From Cyanobacteria bacterium P01_F01_bin.150 (lineage in GTDB: Bacteria; Cyanobacteriota; Cyanobacteriia; CAKZMO01): 64,000 bases of DNA. Under the pieces are notes generated by a model, which was given only the letters and a program-made list of their open reading frames with translations, did no database searches and was not told where the DNA came from. The stretch spans positions 34,505 through 98,504 of the forward strand of contig JBCCYL010000015.1 in assembly GCA_039189765.1 (NCBI GenBank), given 5' to 3'. This document shows, one piece after another, positions 1 through 10,095 of this stretch. The position numbers and the translations under genes are program-made. Numbering within the stretch: position 1 is the first letter of the stretch; every line of letters begins with the position of its first letter.

Positions 1-259
1 ACAAATCTGCACCCTGAATACGGGGAAATTGAATCGGCACGCCACCCCAGCTTGCATCTTCAGCAGCTCTTTCCTTTTTGGAGTACCAGGCTATGCGAGT
101 ATTAATATCCGTATTGTTGACTGCTGCTGTGCTGACTCGACTCAAAACATCATCAGGCTTAACCTGGGGGATGGGAATATCGTGACGAAACTCAATTTGA
201 TCAAAGCCTCCACGCCCTTTTAGCCAGACACCACGCATCCGTTTCGATGATTTTTTCAT
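1..259 (-). CDS. Zinc-binding alcohol dehydrogenase / MDR family oxidoreductase, N-terminal part (runs off the window edge)
   Basis: Not in the ORF track. Manual translation from ATG at 259 gives MKKSSKRMRGVWLKGRGGFDQIEFRHDIPIPQVKPDDVLSRVSTAAVNNTDINTRIAWYSK...FPRIQGADL, a typical MDR GroES-like N-terminus. Confidence 0.8.
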   Translation of the reverse strand, partial: MKKSSKRMRGVWLKGRGGFDQIEFRHDIPIPQVKPDDVLSRVSTAAVNNTDINTRIAWYSKKERAAEDASWGGVPIQFPRIQGADL

Positions 260-274
260 AGTTGAAACCATCGA

Positions 275-586
275 TTAAACTCTAAATGGCTCTGATTTTT
301 CAGTGAAGTGTAACGGTAAGACTCCTTCAACATTTTCCGTTGGGTGAGGCACAATGTAGTGAGCGGTAGCCTCCCCATTCTCAGGGCAATTGTTCGCAAC
401 TGCCAGGCCAGCCTCCATGGCCCTTTTGACTTCAGCCACAGGACCTCGAATCACCACAAACTGATGTCCGCTATCGGCCTGGTTAATCCCCAGAAGAGAG
501 ACTCTACCTGCTTTAACCATGGCATCCGCCGCGACCATCGAAGCTGGATATCCGTGAGTTTCGATTACACCGACAGCGTAAAGCAT
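275..586 (-). CDS. ccmK: BMC-H carboxysome shell protein, CcmK family (orphan paralogue)
   Basis: AVGVIET..AADAMVKAGRV..IRGPVAEVKRAMEAG BMC signature and CcmK-type C-terminus (ENVEGVLPLHFTEKSEPFR). Start chosen at M-LYAVG. Confidence 0.88.
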   Translation of the reverse strand: MLYAVGVIETHGYPASMVAADAMVKAGRVSLLGINQADSGHQFVVIRGPVAEVKRAMEAGLAVANNCPENGEATAHYIVPHPTENVEGVLPLHFTEKSEPFRV

Positions 587-783
587 AGGGAAATAGTCCT
601 GTTGTAGTTCTTGCTTTCTAAATATACCTGAGACCGACACTCAACATGGCAAGAATGGAACAAAGATGGCGTAGGATCGAGAGTGGCGTTGGTAGCGCTC
701 TCATTACTGTTGCTTTTATTTAGCCTGCCAAAGAATCCGTTCTCAGCACATCCACATAATAGACCTGTTAAAAGTAGACCCAC

Positions 784-1548
784 ATGTTGATGGTAATTTC
801 CCCTGCTAAGACTCTAGATTTTAGCGGTAGCCCCTATCCCCACTTCACCCAACCCACCCATATAGAAGATAGTCAAGAACTGATTAATCAGCTCCGAGAA
901 TTCAGTGTGGCGGACATCGGTCAGTTAATGAAAATCAGCGAAAAGCTATCAATCCTCAATCAGCAACGTTACGAAGATTTTCAGACACCATTCACCCTAG
1001 ATAACGCTCAACAGGCACTGTTCGTATTCAAAGGTGATGTGTACAAGGGCATTGATATTGATAACTACGATGATGAAGATTTGGCCTTTGCTCAGGCTCA
1101 TTTACGAATTTTGTCGGGGCTATATGGCATTTTGCGTCCTCTGGATTTAATGCAAGCCTACAGGCTAGAAATGGGGACCAAGTTGGTTAATAAGCGCGGC
1201 AAAAATCTTTACGAGTTTTGGGGCAATCAAATCTCGGAACAGCTTAATGAGGAATTGGCGCAACAGGTTGAACCCTGGCTGGTAAATCTGGCATCTAATG
1301 AATATTTTAAGGCGATCGCCCCCAAAGCCCTCAATGCCAGATTATTGAACATTGCATTTAAGGAAAATAAAAGCGGCACCTATAAAGTCATTGGCATTCA
1401 CGCTAAACGAGCGAGAGGGCTGATGGTTAATTTCATTATTAAAAATCGGATTGAAACCCCTGAGCCAATAAAGACCTTTGATGTGGAAGGCTATGCCTTT
1501 AACGAAGAGTTATCCACCCCTGACACCTGGACATTCTGTCGAGGATGA
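784..1548 (+). CDS. yaaA: Peroxide stress protein YaaA (UPF0246)
   Basis: ISPAKTLD, LRILSGLYGILRPLDLMQAYRLEMGT, NLASNEY and AKRARGLM motifs. Confidence 0.93.
   Translation: MLMVISPAKTLDFSGSPYPHFTQPTHIEDSQELINQLREFSVADIGQLMKISEKLSILNQQRYEDFQTPFTLDNAQQALFVFKGDVYKGIDIDNYDDEDLAFAQAHLRILSGLYGILRPLDLMQAYRLEMGTKLVNKRGKNLYEFWGNQISEQLNEELAQQVEPWLVNLASNEYFKAIAPKALNARLLNIAFKENKSGTYKVIGIHAKRARGLMVNFIIKNRIETPEPIKTFDVEGYAFNEELSTPDTWTFCRG
1312..1319. repeat. HIP1 octamer (example; recurs throughout the window)
   Basis: GCGATCGC at 1312, 2932, 7626, 35377 and many other sites; a cyanobacterial hallmark. Confidence 0.9.
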
Positions 1549-1662
1549 TTTTAGTCTCTAAATACTGTGGAGCCATAAATGCCCATGTTAATGAAGATAA
1601 AGGGACAATTCGCTCTAGAATCATTCAAAGAACCAAAACGAAGACTGATTTAGGAAACCAGC

Positions 1663-2652
1663 ATGGATATTAAAAATGGATTCGTCGGCACAGTTGGCAA
1701 TACTCCCCTCATCCGACTAAACAGCTTGAGCGACGAAACTGGCTGTGAAATTTTGGGAAAAGCCGAATTTTTGAATCCAGGAGGGTCGGTAAAAGACCGG
1801 GCCGCTCTCTATATTATTAAAGATGCCGAAGAAAAAGGATTGCTTAAACCGGGCGGAACGGTTGTAGAAGGCACTGCCGGAAATACAGGCATCGGCCTTG
1901 CTCATATTTGTAATGCCAAAGGCTATAAATGTTTGATCATTATTCCTGAAACCCAATCCCAGGAAAAAATGGATCTGTTACGAACACTAGGGGCAGAGGT
2001 TCGCCCAGTGCCAGCCGTTCCCTATCGCGACCCCAATAACTATGTGAAAATGTCGGGACGCATTGCGGAAGAACTCCCCAATGCGATTTGGGCTAATCAG
2101 TTTGATAATGTCGCGAATCGGATTGCCCATTATCAAACAACGGGACCAGAAATTTGGGACCAAACGGATGGAAAAGTAGATGCCTGGATCGCAGCGACAG
2201 GAACAGGTGGGACCTATGCTGGTACATCTATGTTTTTGAAAGAAAAAAATCCTGACGTCAAATGTGTAGTTGCGGATCCAATGGGCAGCGGTATTTACAG
2301 CTTGGTGAAGACAGGGAACGTAAAAATTGAAGGCCGCTCTATCACCGAAGGAATTGGCAACAGCCGCATTACGGCTAATATGCAGGATGCTCCTGTTGAC
2401 GATGCCATCCAAATTGATGACTACGACGCCCTCAAAACCATCTATAAATTAATGGAGAAAGAAGGATTGTTTATGGGAGGGTCCGTAGGTATCAACGTTG
2501 CAGGCGCCGTAGCCTTGGCAAAGCAAATGGGACCAGGGCATACCATCGTGACAGTGTTATGTGACAGCGGAGCTAGATATCAGTCTCGGATTTTTGATAA
2601 AAACTGGCTAGTGTCCAAAGACTTCGATCTAGATAAATTAGGGCTACAATAA
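1663..2652 (+). CDS. cysK: Cysteine synthase (PLP-dependent, CysK/CysM family)
   Basis: KAEFLNPGGSVKDR PLP lysine motif, EGTAGNTG, GTGGT. Confidence 0.88.
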   Translation: MDIKNGFVGTVGNTPLIRLNSLSDETGCEILGKAEFLNPGGSVKDRAALYIIKDAEEKGLLKPGGTVVEGTAGNTGIGLAHICNAKGYKCLIIIPETQSQEKMDLLRTLGAEVRPVPAVPYRDPNNYVKMSGRIAEELPNAIWANQFDNVANRIAHYQTTGPEIWDQTDGKVDAWIAATGTGGTYAGTSMFLKEKNPDVKCVVADPMGSGIYSLVKTGNVKIEGRSITEGIGNSRITANMQDAPVDDAIQIDDYDALKTIYKLMEKEGLFMGGSVGINVAGAVALAKQMGPGHTIVTVLCDSGARYQSRIFDKNWLVSKDFDLDKLGLQ

Positions 2653-2686
2653 GCGGACTATTCATCAATCCACACAAGCATTTTGA

Positions 2687-2760
2687 GGGTTTCTAAGGCG
2701 AAATTAAATTAACGGTAGTGGGGCACGAAGCGCCCCCTCTACCTGCCCAAAGTTAACCCC
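2687..2760 (+). mobile_element. ~80-bp MITE-like repeat, copy A
   Basis: GGGTTTCTAAGGCGAAA...AACGGTAG-hairpin-CCCAAAGTTAACCCC, flanked by the direct repeat GCATTTTGA at 2678 and 2761. Confidence 0.8.
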
Positions 2761-3012
2761 GCATTTTGAGTGGGAAGGCATACGATAATTTTCTGCTCAT
2801 TTACAACATTGCCGAGCATTGTGTAATCTTGGCTCCGTCCCCCATTGTGCCCAGGGAAAACAAGGCCCTAATCAATATAACGATGTTGCACCATCTAACG
2901 CTTCCATTTCTCCACAACACGGAACTCGTTGGCGATCGCAAGTAGGTGATAAAAATCACTCACACACTTCATTCGATCTTCATCCAATTTGTCCACTCCT
3001 TACATGTATTTT

Positions 3013-3038
3013 TACTGAGTATCTTTAGATACTCAGTA
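3013..3038. promoter_or_regulatory. Palindromic operator-like site containing an NtcA-type GTA-N8-TAC core
   Basis: TACTGAGTATCT-tt-AGATACTCAGTA, 12-bp perfect arms, about 90 bp upstream of the ORF at 3128. Confidence 0.45.
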
Positions 3039-3127
3039 TAGTGGTTATTACTGGCATAGCGATAATGTGCTCCGGATTCTTTCTGAAGTGTAATCGCTAT
3101 CTTTGCGGTCTTTAAGGGGATAAACAC

Positions 3128-4381
3128 ATGGCATCTCGAGTAGTAAAGCAGCCTATTATCAGCAGAAATAGCCGCAAATATGATCCATGGGATTTAATGT
3201 TCAAAGAAGAGGCAGTTACTGACTCTGGAGTATACAACGCCCAAACGAAGATCTACGACACCTTCATTACTCTGGCAAAAACATGGGCATCGAATGATGT
3301 ACTCAGCCTTTTCCGGCAGGTTTTTATTCACTGTGTTGACTCCACCGAGAGCAATCTTACGCCAGCGCTTTATATTCTTCTACAAGCGGGGAATGAAGAG
3401 GACTTTCATTACACTCTCAACCGAGTGTGCTATATCCTTGTCAATAATTGGGAAACAGCTCGCGATCAAGATGCCATTATTGAACTAATTGATGTCCTGA
3501 CAATGGCCACAGACCTCAAGACAGGAAACTCGCCTAAACTAAGGAAATTGAGGAGGTGGGTAACTACCTTTTTGGAAAGTCAAGCATTTAGAGATCTCAA
3601 GCTCTATACCTCTCGGGAGACACAATCATCGCATTGGACTCACCGCTACACATCCTATTTGTTAACGGCTCAATCGCTTAATCAGAATAATCCTGATGAA
3701 CAACGCTTAGCTGCCAATATCGCCTCAAATGAAATGCGGCGTGAGTTCAAGCGTAATTTAGCCATGTACACGCTTCAGTCTGACAAATCTAATTACTCCA
3801 CTGACACTCTCAAAAATCCCACTTTGCTTGGAGAGCATGTCTTACCGCTAATCAGAAAAATCCTGACGAAAAAAGGAAAGTTTGGCTGCCAGGATGTGGC
3901 TAACATATTTCTAGCCCAGTCTAAAAACGCAAAGTTTAAGCATTTTAAGCGTGGACTGGCGGAGTATATCGTATTTGCAATAGGGTCTGAGGAAATAACA
4001 AAACTGTTGCAGACTCAGATATCCGAATATTTAGAGACCTTGTACACTCACTACGATAAGCGCCCTGTAGATGATGCCATTCTCCTCCGTACTGCCAATC
4101 AGATGATAGATTTTTTAATCATGAATCGGCGCGGAACTCCAGCACCCACCATGACTCTTCTGTTAAGTAAAGGCTATGCCCTCACTTTGGCAATTCTGCT
4201 GCTTAAGGTGATCATGATTAGTCCCAAATCCAGAAAATATTTGGAGGGTAAAATTGGCGATTTAGTGTCTTATTACGGCGAATTACCAGAAGGAGAATGC
4301 CAATGGCTGATCCAGTTCCTAGAGATTCTAAACGTCACTTTTACTATCTATTCAGATCGGGGTTCAACTTTAGGTGGGTAG
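3128..4381 (+). CDS. Hypothetical all-helical cyanobacterial protein; C-terminus replaced by a MITE insertion
   Basis: 417-aa ORF with an AAGGGGA RBS. The last codons (RGSTLGG*) are read from repeat copy B. Confidence 0.8.
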   Translation: MASRVVKQPIISRNSRKYDPWDLMFKEEAVTDSGVYNAQTKIYDTFITLAKTWASNDVLSLFRQVFIHCVDSTESNLTPALYILLQAGNEEDFHYTLNRVCYILVNNWETARDQDAIIELIDVLTMATDLKTGNSPKLRKLRRWVTTFLESQAFRDLKLYTSRETQSSHWTHRYTSYLLTAQSLNQNNPDEQRLAANIASNEMRREFKRNLAMYTLQSDKSNYSTDTLKNPTLLGEHVLPLIRKILTKKGKFGCQDVANIFLAQSKNAKFKHFKRGLAEYIVFAIGSEEITKLLQTQISEYLETLYTHYDKRPVDDAILLRTANQMIDFLIMNRRGTPAPTMTLLLSKGYALTLAILLLKVIMISPKSRKYLEGKIGDLVSYYGELPEGECQWLIQFLEILNVTFTIYSDRGSTLGG

Positions 4382-4438
4382 TGGAGGCGCAATGTGCCCC
4401 CGCTACCGTTAATCTTGTTTCGCCTTAAAACGAAACCC
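4359..4438 (-). mobile_element. ~80-bp MITE-like repeat, copy B
   Basis: Reverse strand reads GGGTTTCGTTTTAAGGCGAAACAAGATTAACGGTAG...CTACCCACCTAAAGTTGAACCCC. Flanks are TATTCAGATC (4349) and TATGCAGATC (4439). Confidence 0.85.
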
Positions 4439-4496
4439 TATGCAGATCAAAATATAAGCCAGGAGCAAGTCAGAGTTTCTTCGTTGTTGTTTCCTG

Positions 4497-6614
4497 TTAA
4501 CGCTCCAAGCAATCTAGAATAAAGGCATATTCAAATGCCTGTTCCTTCAAGCGACCATAGCGACCAGAGGCACCACCATGCCCAGCATCCATGTTAGTTT
4601 TGAGCAGAAGCTGACGCTGATCCGTTTTAAGGTCTCGTAGCTTGGCAGTCCATTTGGCTGGTTCCCAATAAGAGACCCTAGGATCGTTTAATCCTGCGGT
4701 AATCAGCAGATGAGGATAGTCTTGAGCCTTGACATTATCGTAAGGAGAGTAGGACTTCATGTAGTCGTAGAATTCAGGCTGGTTTGGATTACCCCACTCA
4801 TCCCATTCCATTACAGATAGAGGCAGGGACGGGTCCAGAATTGTTGTCAATACATCTACGAAAGGAACTGCGGCGATCGCCCCCTTGAATAGTTCAGGCC
4901 GCATATTCAATACCGCCCCCATCAGCAAACCGCCTGCACTGCCCCCTGAAATAGTCAACTTTTCAGCACAGGTCCACTGCTGCTCAATTAAGTATTCTGC
5001 ACAAGCAATAAAATCAGTAAAAGTATTCTTTTTGTTGAGAAACTTACCATCTTCATACCACTTGCGCCCCATTTCGCCACCACCACGAATATGGGCGATC
5101 GCACACACGACTCCTCGGTCTAAGAGTGATAACCGCTGAGATCCAAAACTCACTGGATAAGGATATCCATAGGAGCCATAACCTGTTAAAAACAGGGGAG
5201 CTTGACCATTTCTCTCTAAGCCTTTCTTGTAAACAAGAGAGATGGGAATCGACGTACCGTCAGTCGCTGTTGCCATTAGCCATTCGCTTTGATAGTCGTC
5301 CCGGTCATATCCTCCCAAAACAGGAGTTTCCTTCTTTAATTCCCGCTCGTGGGTGACCATATCATAGTCAAATACCGATGATGGCGTGGTTAGAGAGGTG
5401 TAGGTAAAACGCAAATTAGTCGTATCAAACTCAGGCATGGCACCAGAGGACACCGAATAGGTTGGCTCCGGGAACGTCAACGGATGAGGGGATTGACGTT
5501 CATTTGCTGATGTTGGAATTCCCTGAATCTGAATAGTGGGCAAACCATTCTCGCGCTCGTAACGCACTAGGTAATCTCTAAAAACATCAATGCCTCTGAG
5601 CATTACATCTTCTCGATGGGGAATCACAGTTTGCCAGTGCTCTTTCCCTGGTTTTACAACACTTGTGGCCATTAACTTGAAGTTAATCGCATTTTCATTG
5701 GTCACAATAAAGAATCGATCGGTAGCTTCACCCGTAGCATTACCTGGGTGATGATAAACACCATACTCTATACCCGGAATTCGAGGCTGGATCAGTTGTA
5801 AGTCGTCCAAAGGAGAATCTGCCGAGAGAAAACGGACCTCTGAGGTAATCTTGCTATCAGCAGATAAGAAAATATAGGCGTTACTGCGAGTGCGCTCTAC
5901 ATATAAATAAAATCCATCATCCGACTCCTCGTAGAGCAGCACATCCGCTGCCGGATCTGTACCCAGTTCATGACGCCAACATTGAAAAGGGCGATGGGCC
6001 TGATCAATACGAACGTAAAACAGAGTGCGATTGTCATTGGCCCAAACCGCATCACTCACCTCTTCAATCAATTCTGGGAAACAGCTCCCTGTCGATAGAT
6101 CCTTAATTTGTAGGGTGTAGGATTCGGAACCGTTAGTATCAGTGGAATAGGCCAAGTACTGATGATTTGGACTAATCGTTGTTGTACCCAGGCTAAAGAA
6201 AGGATAGCCCTCAGCTAGCTGATTTTGATCCAACAATATTTCTTCTTCACTTTCCAAAATTTCTTTTTTACGACAGAAAATTCTGTACGCTTTACCCGTT
6301 TCGGTGCGGCTGTAGTAAAAGTAGGGGCCATGCCGGTAAGGTACGGAAAGATCGGTTTCTTGAATACGACCCAACATCTCCTGATAAAGTTGATCCTGTA
6401 ACTCCTTAGCATGGGCCATTTGCGCTTCGGTATAAGCGTTTTCAGCCTCCAAATACTCAATAACCTCAGGATTTTCCTTCTCCCTGATCCAATAGTAAGG
6501 ATCGGTGCGGCGATCGCTATGCGTCTCAAGAACCTTGGGGCGCTTAACAGCAACCGGATACTCTATAAGTGAAGCCGAAAGTGGAGATGATTGTGACGAT
6601 TCAGGATTACGCAT
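4497..6614 (-). CDS. ptrB: Oligopeptidase B (S9A prolyl oligopeptidase family)
   Basis: GGSAGG nucleophile motif, NDPRV Asp, GHGG His, HIRGGGEMG. Confidence 0.93.
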   Translation of the reverse strand: MRNPESSQSSPLSASLIEYPVAVKRPKVLETHSDRRTDPYYWIREKENPEVIEYLEAENAYTEAQMAHAKELQDQLYQEMLGRIQETDLSVPYRHGPYFYYSRTETGKAYRIFCRKKEILESEEEILLDQNQLAEGYPFFSLGTTTISPNHQYLAYSTDTNGSESYTLQIKDLSTGSCFPELIEEVSDAVWANDNRTLFYVRIDQAHRPFQCWRHELGTDPAADVLLYEESDDGFYLYVERTRSNAYIFLSADSKITSEVRFLSADSPLDDLQLIQPRIPGIEYGVYHHPGNATGEATDRFFIVTNENAINFKLMATSVVKPGKEHWQTVIPHREDVMLRGIDVFRDYLVRYERENGLPTIQIQGIPTSANERQSPHPLTFPEPTYSVSSGAMPEFDTTNLRFTYTSLTTPSSVFDYDMVTHERELKKETPVLGGYDRDDYQSEWLMATATDGTSIPISLVYKKGLERNGQAPLFLTGYGSYGYPYPVSFGSQRLSLLDRGVVCAIAHIRGGGEMGRKWYEDGKFLNKKNTFTDFIACAEYLIEQQWTCAEKLTISGGSAGGLLMGAVLNMRPELFKGAIAAVPFVDVLTTILDPSLPLSVMEWDEWGNPNQPEFYDYMKSYSPYDNVKAQDYPHLLITAGLNDPRVSYWEPAKWTAKLRDLKTDQRQLLLKTNMDAGHGGASGRYGRLKEQAFEYAFILDCLER

Positions 6615-6886
6615 GAAATGGCAAAAGACTACAATTAGCTATGGATAACATGGGGCCTATAGCATTAGCCTAGAGTCAATCACCCGGCTCTAGCAATAGG
6701 ATCACCTACATTTTTGAGAAATTAGATGAAATCTTCTCAAAGGCAAATAGAACAGGACACCATGCTCGTTATCACTCTTCGCTTTTATTAAGCTTTACCT
6801 TAGTTTAAAGCGCCGGTGACAAATGGTTTTATTGTCGAGAGAAAATCCGGTACAAATTTCTCAAGACTTTTCCTAAAGCTATGTTT

Positions 6887-7195
6887 CTAATTAGACGTTT
6901 GTGGCTTGACGGGTTCTCCATCCACTAACTCAATTTGTCCTGATTCACGCACACAAAATAATTTCCATCGTTGATTATTTACTTTTCCAGGAAGAAAACC
7001 CATAATCATCAGGTACTCTTCCTTTTCACCCCGTCTAACGCGGACCAGCAATTCACCATTGCGTTGACTAACAATCAACGCCTCTATTTCAAACTCGCCC
7101 TCCTGTTCCCAGGGCATTAAAATGCGCTCACCAGATGCTGGGTTGGTGCGCAAAATTGCACGAATATTTTCAGATTCAGGTTTGCGAGGAACCAT
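6887..7195 (-). CDS. Hypothetical protein
   Basis: 102-aa ATG-initiated ORF with protein-like composition, co-oriented with ptrB. Confidence 0.6.
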   Translation of the reverse strand: MVPRKPESENIRAILRTNPASGERILMPWEQEGEFEIEALIVSQRNGELLVRVRRGEKEEYLMIMGFLPGKVNNQRWKLFCVRESGQIELVDGEPVKPQTSN

Positions 7196-7382
7196 AATTT
7201 TGTCAAACGTTGTATTAAGAGGAGACTATTGCTCAGCAAAGAGTTATATCAATGCCATAGTGATACTATCACCTTGGGCAGAATTGGGAACGTGTTTCAC
7301 ACATCTTCAACGATTTAATTTTCAAAAGCCTTATCAAGCGAATTTTGTCCCAAATATATTAACGAAATCTTATAAATATGGT

Positions 7383-7703
7383 ATGAACACGACACTGATT
7401 GACCTATGTGGCTGGTTACCGGCCATTATTATCCCACTAGCAACAATTATTCAGCTCAGTGCAATCTTTCGAAATCGTTCCACCGCAGGCATTAGCGCTA
7501 TCACTTGGTTCCTATTTGGCATCGCCAACGTAGGATTATACATCTACACAGAAAAATATGGAGACATCCAAGCCATTGCTGGCCTACTTGGCTCAGCCCT
7601 ATTAGATTTTATTATTACTGGTTTGGCGATCGCCCAGTATGGCAGTCAATCACAAGAAAAAAAGGCAGAAGTGGACCAAGGTGACCCTGAATATCTAAGT
7701 TGA
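7383..7703 (+). CDS. Small 3-TM membrane protein, PQ-loop/SemiSWEET-like
   Basis: From MNTTLID: GWLPAIIIP..IQL...RSTAGISAITW, three hydrophobic helices. The upstream part of the tracked ORF overlaps the opposite gene and is probably non-coding. Confidence 0.7.
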   Translation: MNTTLIDLCGWLPAIIIPLATIIQLSAIFRNRSTAGISAITWFLFGIANVGLYIYTEKYGDIQAIAGLLGSALLDFIITGLAIAQYGSQSQEKKAEVDQGDPEYLS

Positions 7704-8348
7704 TGCCACTTTACTGGCACTGATTTGACTTCTTAAAACTGATGCCCGCTCTGTGATCAGTGCCCAATTCTCTTTGTCCAGAAGAGGCTTGGGGAATAGG
7801 TGACTGGACAATCCCACCGCGATCGCTCCTGCCTTCAGAAACTCCAGGGCATTGTGAGTCGTAATCCCCCCTGTAGGAATTAAGGGAATATGACCAAGAG
7901 GTCCTCGCAAGCAGTTCAAATAGCTTGTTCCCCCCATCGTTTTAATGGGAAATACTTTTACGCAAGCGGCCCCTGCCTGCCATGCGGTAACAATTTCTGT
8001 CGGCGATAGTGCGCCAGGTACCATTGGGACCTGTTGGGCATAGGACAAGCGAATCAGGACTTCACTAGTATGGGGACTAAATGCAAATTTAGCGCCTGCA
8101 TCAATGGCAGCTTGCAGATCCGCTGGCGTCAGAATGGTCCCGGTACCGATAATACAGTCAGGATAATCCTCCACCAGGGTGCGAATTAAATTCGCTGCGT
8201 TACCACTGTTCCAGGTAATTTCAATCAGCCCCATGCCAGCTTCTATCACCGCCTGGGCCATCTTAAGCGCAATAGTGGCGTCATGGGAACGGACAACAGC
8301 AATTGCCCGATGGGTCTCTAGTAAACGAAGCCATTCCTCTGGAGTCAT
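7695..8348 (-). CDS. eda: KDPG/KHG aldolase
   Basis: IEIT, IGTGT, SPTEI, VKVFP, PTGGI motifs. Confidence 0.9.
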   Translation of the reverse strand: MTPEEWLRLLETHRAIAVVRSHDATIALKMAQAVIEAGMGLIEITWNSGNAANLIRTLVEDYPDCIIGTGTILTPADLQAAIDAGAKFAFSPHTSEVLIRLSYAQQVPMVPGALSPTEIVTAWQAGAACVKVFPIKTMGGTSYLNCLRGPLGHIPLIPTGGITTHNALEFLKAGAIAVGLSSHLFPKPLLDKENWALITERASVLRSQISASKVAST

Positions 8349-8511
8349 AGGGTATGGTCTACAGGAGTTATTGTCTAACCGATCCCCAATATTTGTATAT
8401 CAACATTGGGCAAATGATATGAACGCGAATGCTCACATCATCGTTAATTTTGATTTGCCCTAAAACAAGGCCTCAATATTCTAGCTTTTAGCCTTAACTC
8501 TGGGCTTGATT

Positions 8512-9825
8512 TTAGCGTTGATTCCAGGATTGTTCAGCATCTGCTAACGCATCATCAACAGACTTTTGGCCCAACATAGCAGCTTGAAGATTTTCATAGA
8601 TGATCTTTTGTAGCTGCTTCACGTCTTCCATGGCAGGAATTAGCACCTCAGCTTGCTCCATCTGTCCGGCGCTCACCAAGCGTGCTTTATCCCCCGGTGA
8701 GGCATCGCTGACCTCAAGCGTAAAATAATCATCTGTAAGAGCGGTTTGAGTTGAGGGCAATACATTGGCTTCTTTAGCAAAAGACAATTGATTGACATCA
8801 TTTGTCACGTACAGTGCAAAGTCCAGGGCCGCATCAGGGACATCGGTTCCTCTGGGAATCACCACATTCATGGCCGCCACATTCATCGCCCCAGTTTGCC
8901 CGGTGATTTGAGGTGCCGTTGATGATACTTCAGCAATGGATGGGGCATTCTTGGCGATCGCATCCAAAAAATGAGGGCTGGATGACACCATCGCAATTTC
9001 ACCAGCCTGATAAAGCTCTATCCCTCGGCGATGTCCCTGGGTCAACACATCCCTTGGAATCAGCTCATTTTGATACAAATCCACCCAATATTGAAATGCC
9101 GCCTTACCTTCCTGGGTATTAAACGCCGCCTTGCCCTGATCATCCACCAATGTCACATCCATCTTTACCAGCGATTGCAAAATATCCGCCGCATCGTCAG
9201 CCACAAAAGTTATAAAAAAGGCATATTTCCCGGTGGTATCTTTTACCTTTTTAGCAGCGATAGCCAATTCAGCAAACGTGGATGGCGGCTCATCAACTTG
9301 GGCTTGCCCAAAGAGCTCTTCGTTATAAATGGTGACACTCGCCGTGAGATACCAAGGTAAGCCAAAACTCTCACCGTTGAGGGTATTGGACTGCCAGATT
9401 TTGGGTAAATAGGTCTGCTTATCTACATCCGATACCTGATTGTCCAAAGTAAGCCATGCGTTACGGCTAGCAAGCTGTGAAGCAAAATCAGGGTTCAAAT
9501 TCACCACATCAGGAGCCGTTCCCGCAGATACAGAGGTCAGAATTTTGCTTTGCATATCTCCCCAAGGGACATCTACCCAGCGAACGCTCGTGTCAGGATT
9601 TTGGCTCTCAAAATCAGCAATCAGCTCATTGAAGTAGTCTGTAAAATCGGGCTGGAGCTGCATTGTCCAGAAGACGACTTCTTGGGTTGCACTTGCATCT
9701 GAACCCGAGTCTGCGTTCTCTTGAGATGACGATTGTCCACAGCCTGAGGTCGTCAGAGCGATCGCCAACCCTACGCTCAAGGCCACATTCCAATGCTGAC
9801 TTAATCTAGTCAATCGGTGCTCCAT
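8512..9825 (-). CDS. Sugar ABC transporter substrate-binding lipoprotein
   Basis: Lipobox (TSGC), AGTAPDVV, LPWY..IYN motifs of SBP_bac_1. Confidence 0.88.
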   Translation of the reverse strand: MEHRLTRLSQHWNVALSVGLAIALTTSGCGQSSSQENADSGSDASATQEVVFWTMQLQPDFTDYFNELIADFESQNPDTSVRWVDVPWGDMQSKILTSVSAGTAPDVVNLNPDFASQLASRNAWLTLDNQVSDVDKQTYLPKIWQSNTLNGESFGLPWYLTASVTIYNEELFGQAQVDEPPSTFAELAIAAKKVKDTTGKYAFFITFVADDAADILQSLVKMDVTLVDDQGKAAFNTQEGKAAFQYWVDLYQNELIPRDVLTQGHRRGIELYQAGEIAMVSSSPHFLDAIAKNAPSIAEVSSTAPQITGQTGAMNVAAMNVVIPRGTDVPDAALDFALYVTNDVNQLSFAKEANVLPSTQTALTDDYFTLEVSDASPGDKARLVSAGQMEQAEVLIPAMEDVKQLQKIIYENLQAAMLGQKSVDDALADAEQSWNQR

Positions 9826-9987
9826 ACGCCCTCCTCCTAAGACTATTTCTGTCGTGTATCAACCCTAACTGGATAGTGAGGGAATCGCCTACGCTAGTAT
9901 TAGCGTTGTTTCTCCTCAAAACCATTTCGCCTCAAACCTGAACCCACCCTGTCGGACAGTGTACGTTAAATTGAGTTCTATAAAAAC

Positions 9988-10032
9988 TTAGAGGGTGAGA
10001 GCTTGAGACCTGCTCAACTCCTCACCCTCTAA
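9988..10032 (-). terminator. Hairpin, probable rpsF terminator
   Basis: TTAGAGGGTGAG...CTCACCCTCTAA arms with A/T runs, 64 bp after the rpsF stop. Confidence 0.6.
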
Positions 10033-10095
10033 AAATGATGTCCAACTTAACCAACGTTAATTCATCACATCAGCTAATTTTCCCCCAAAAAAATC

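Noticed and set aside
9903..9945. Possible ninth MITE remnant (minus strand GGGTTCAGGTTTGAGGCGAAA)
   Set aside because: Only a weak left-end match, with no right end or target duplication.
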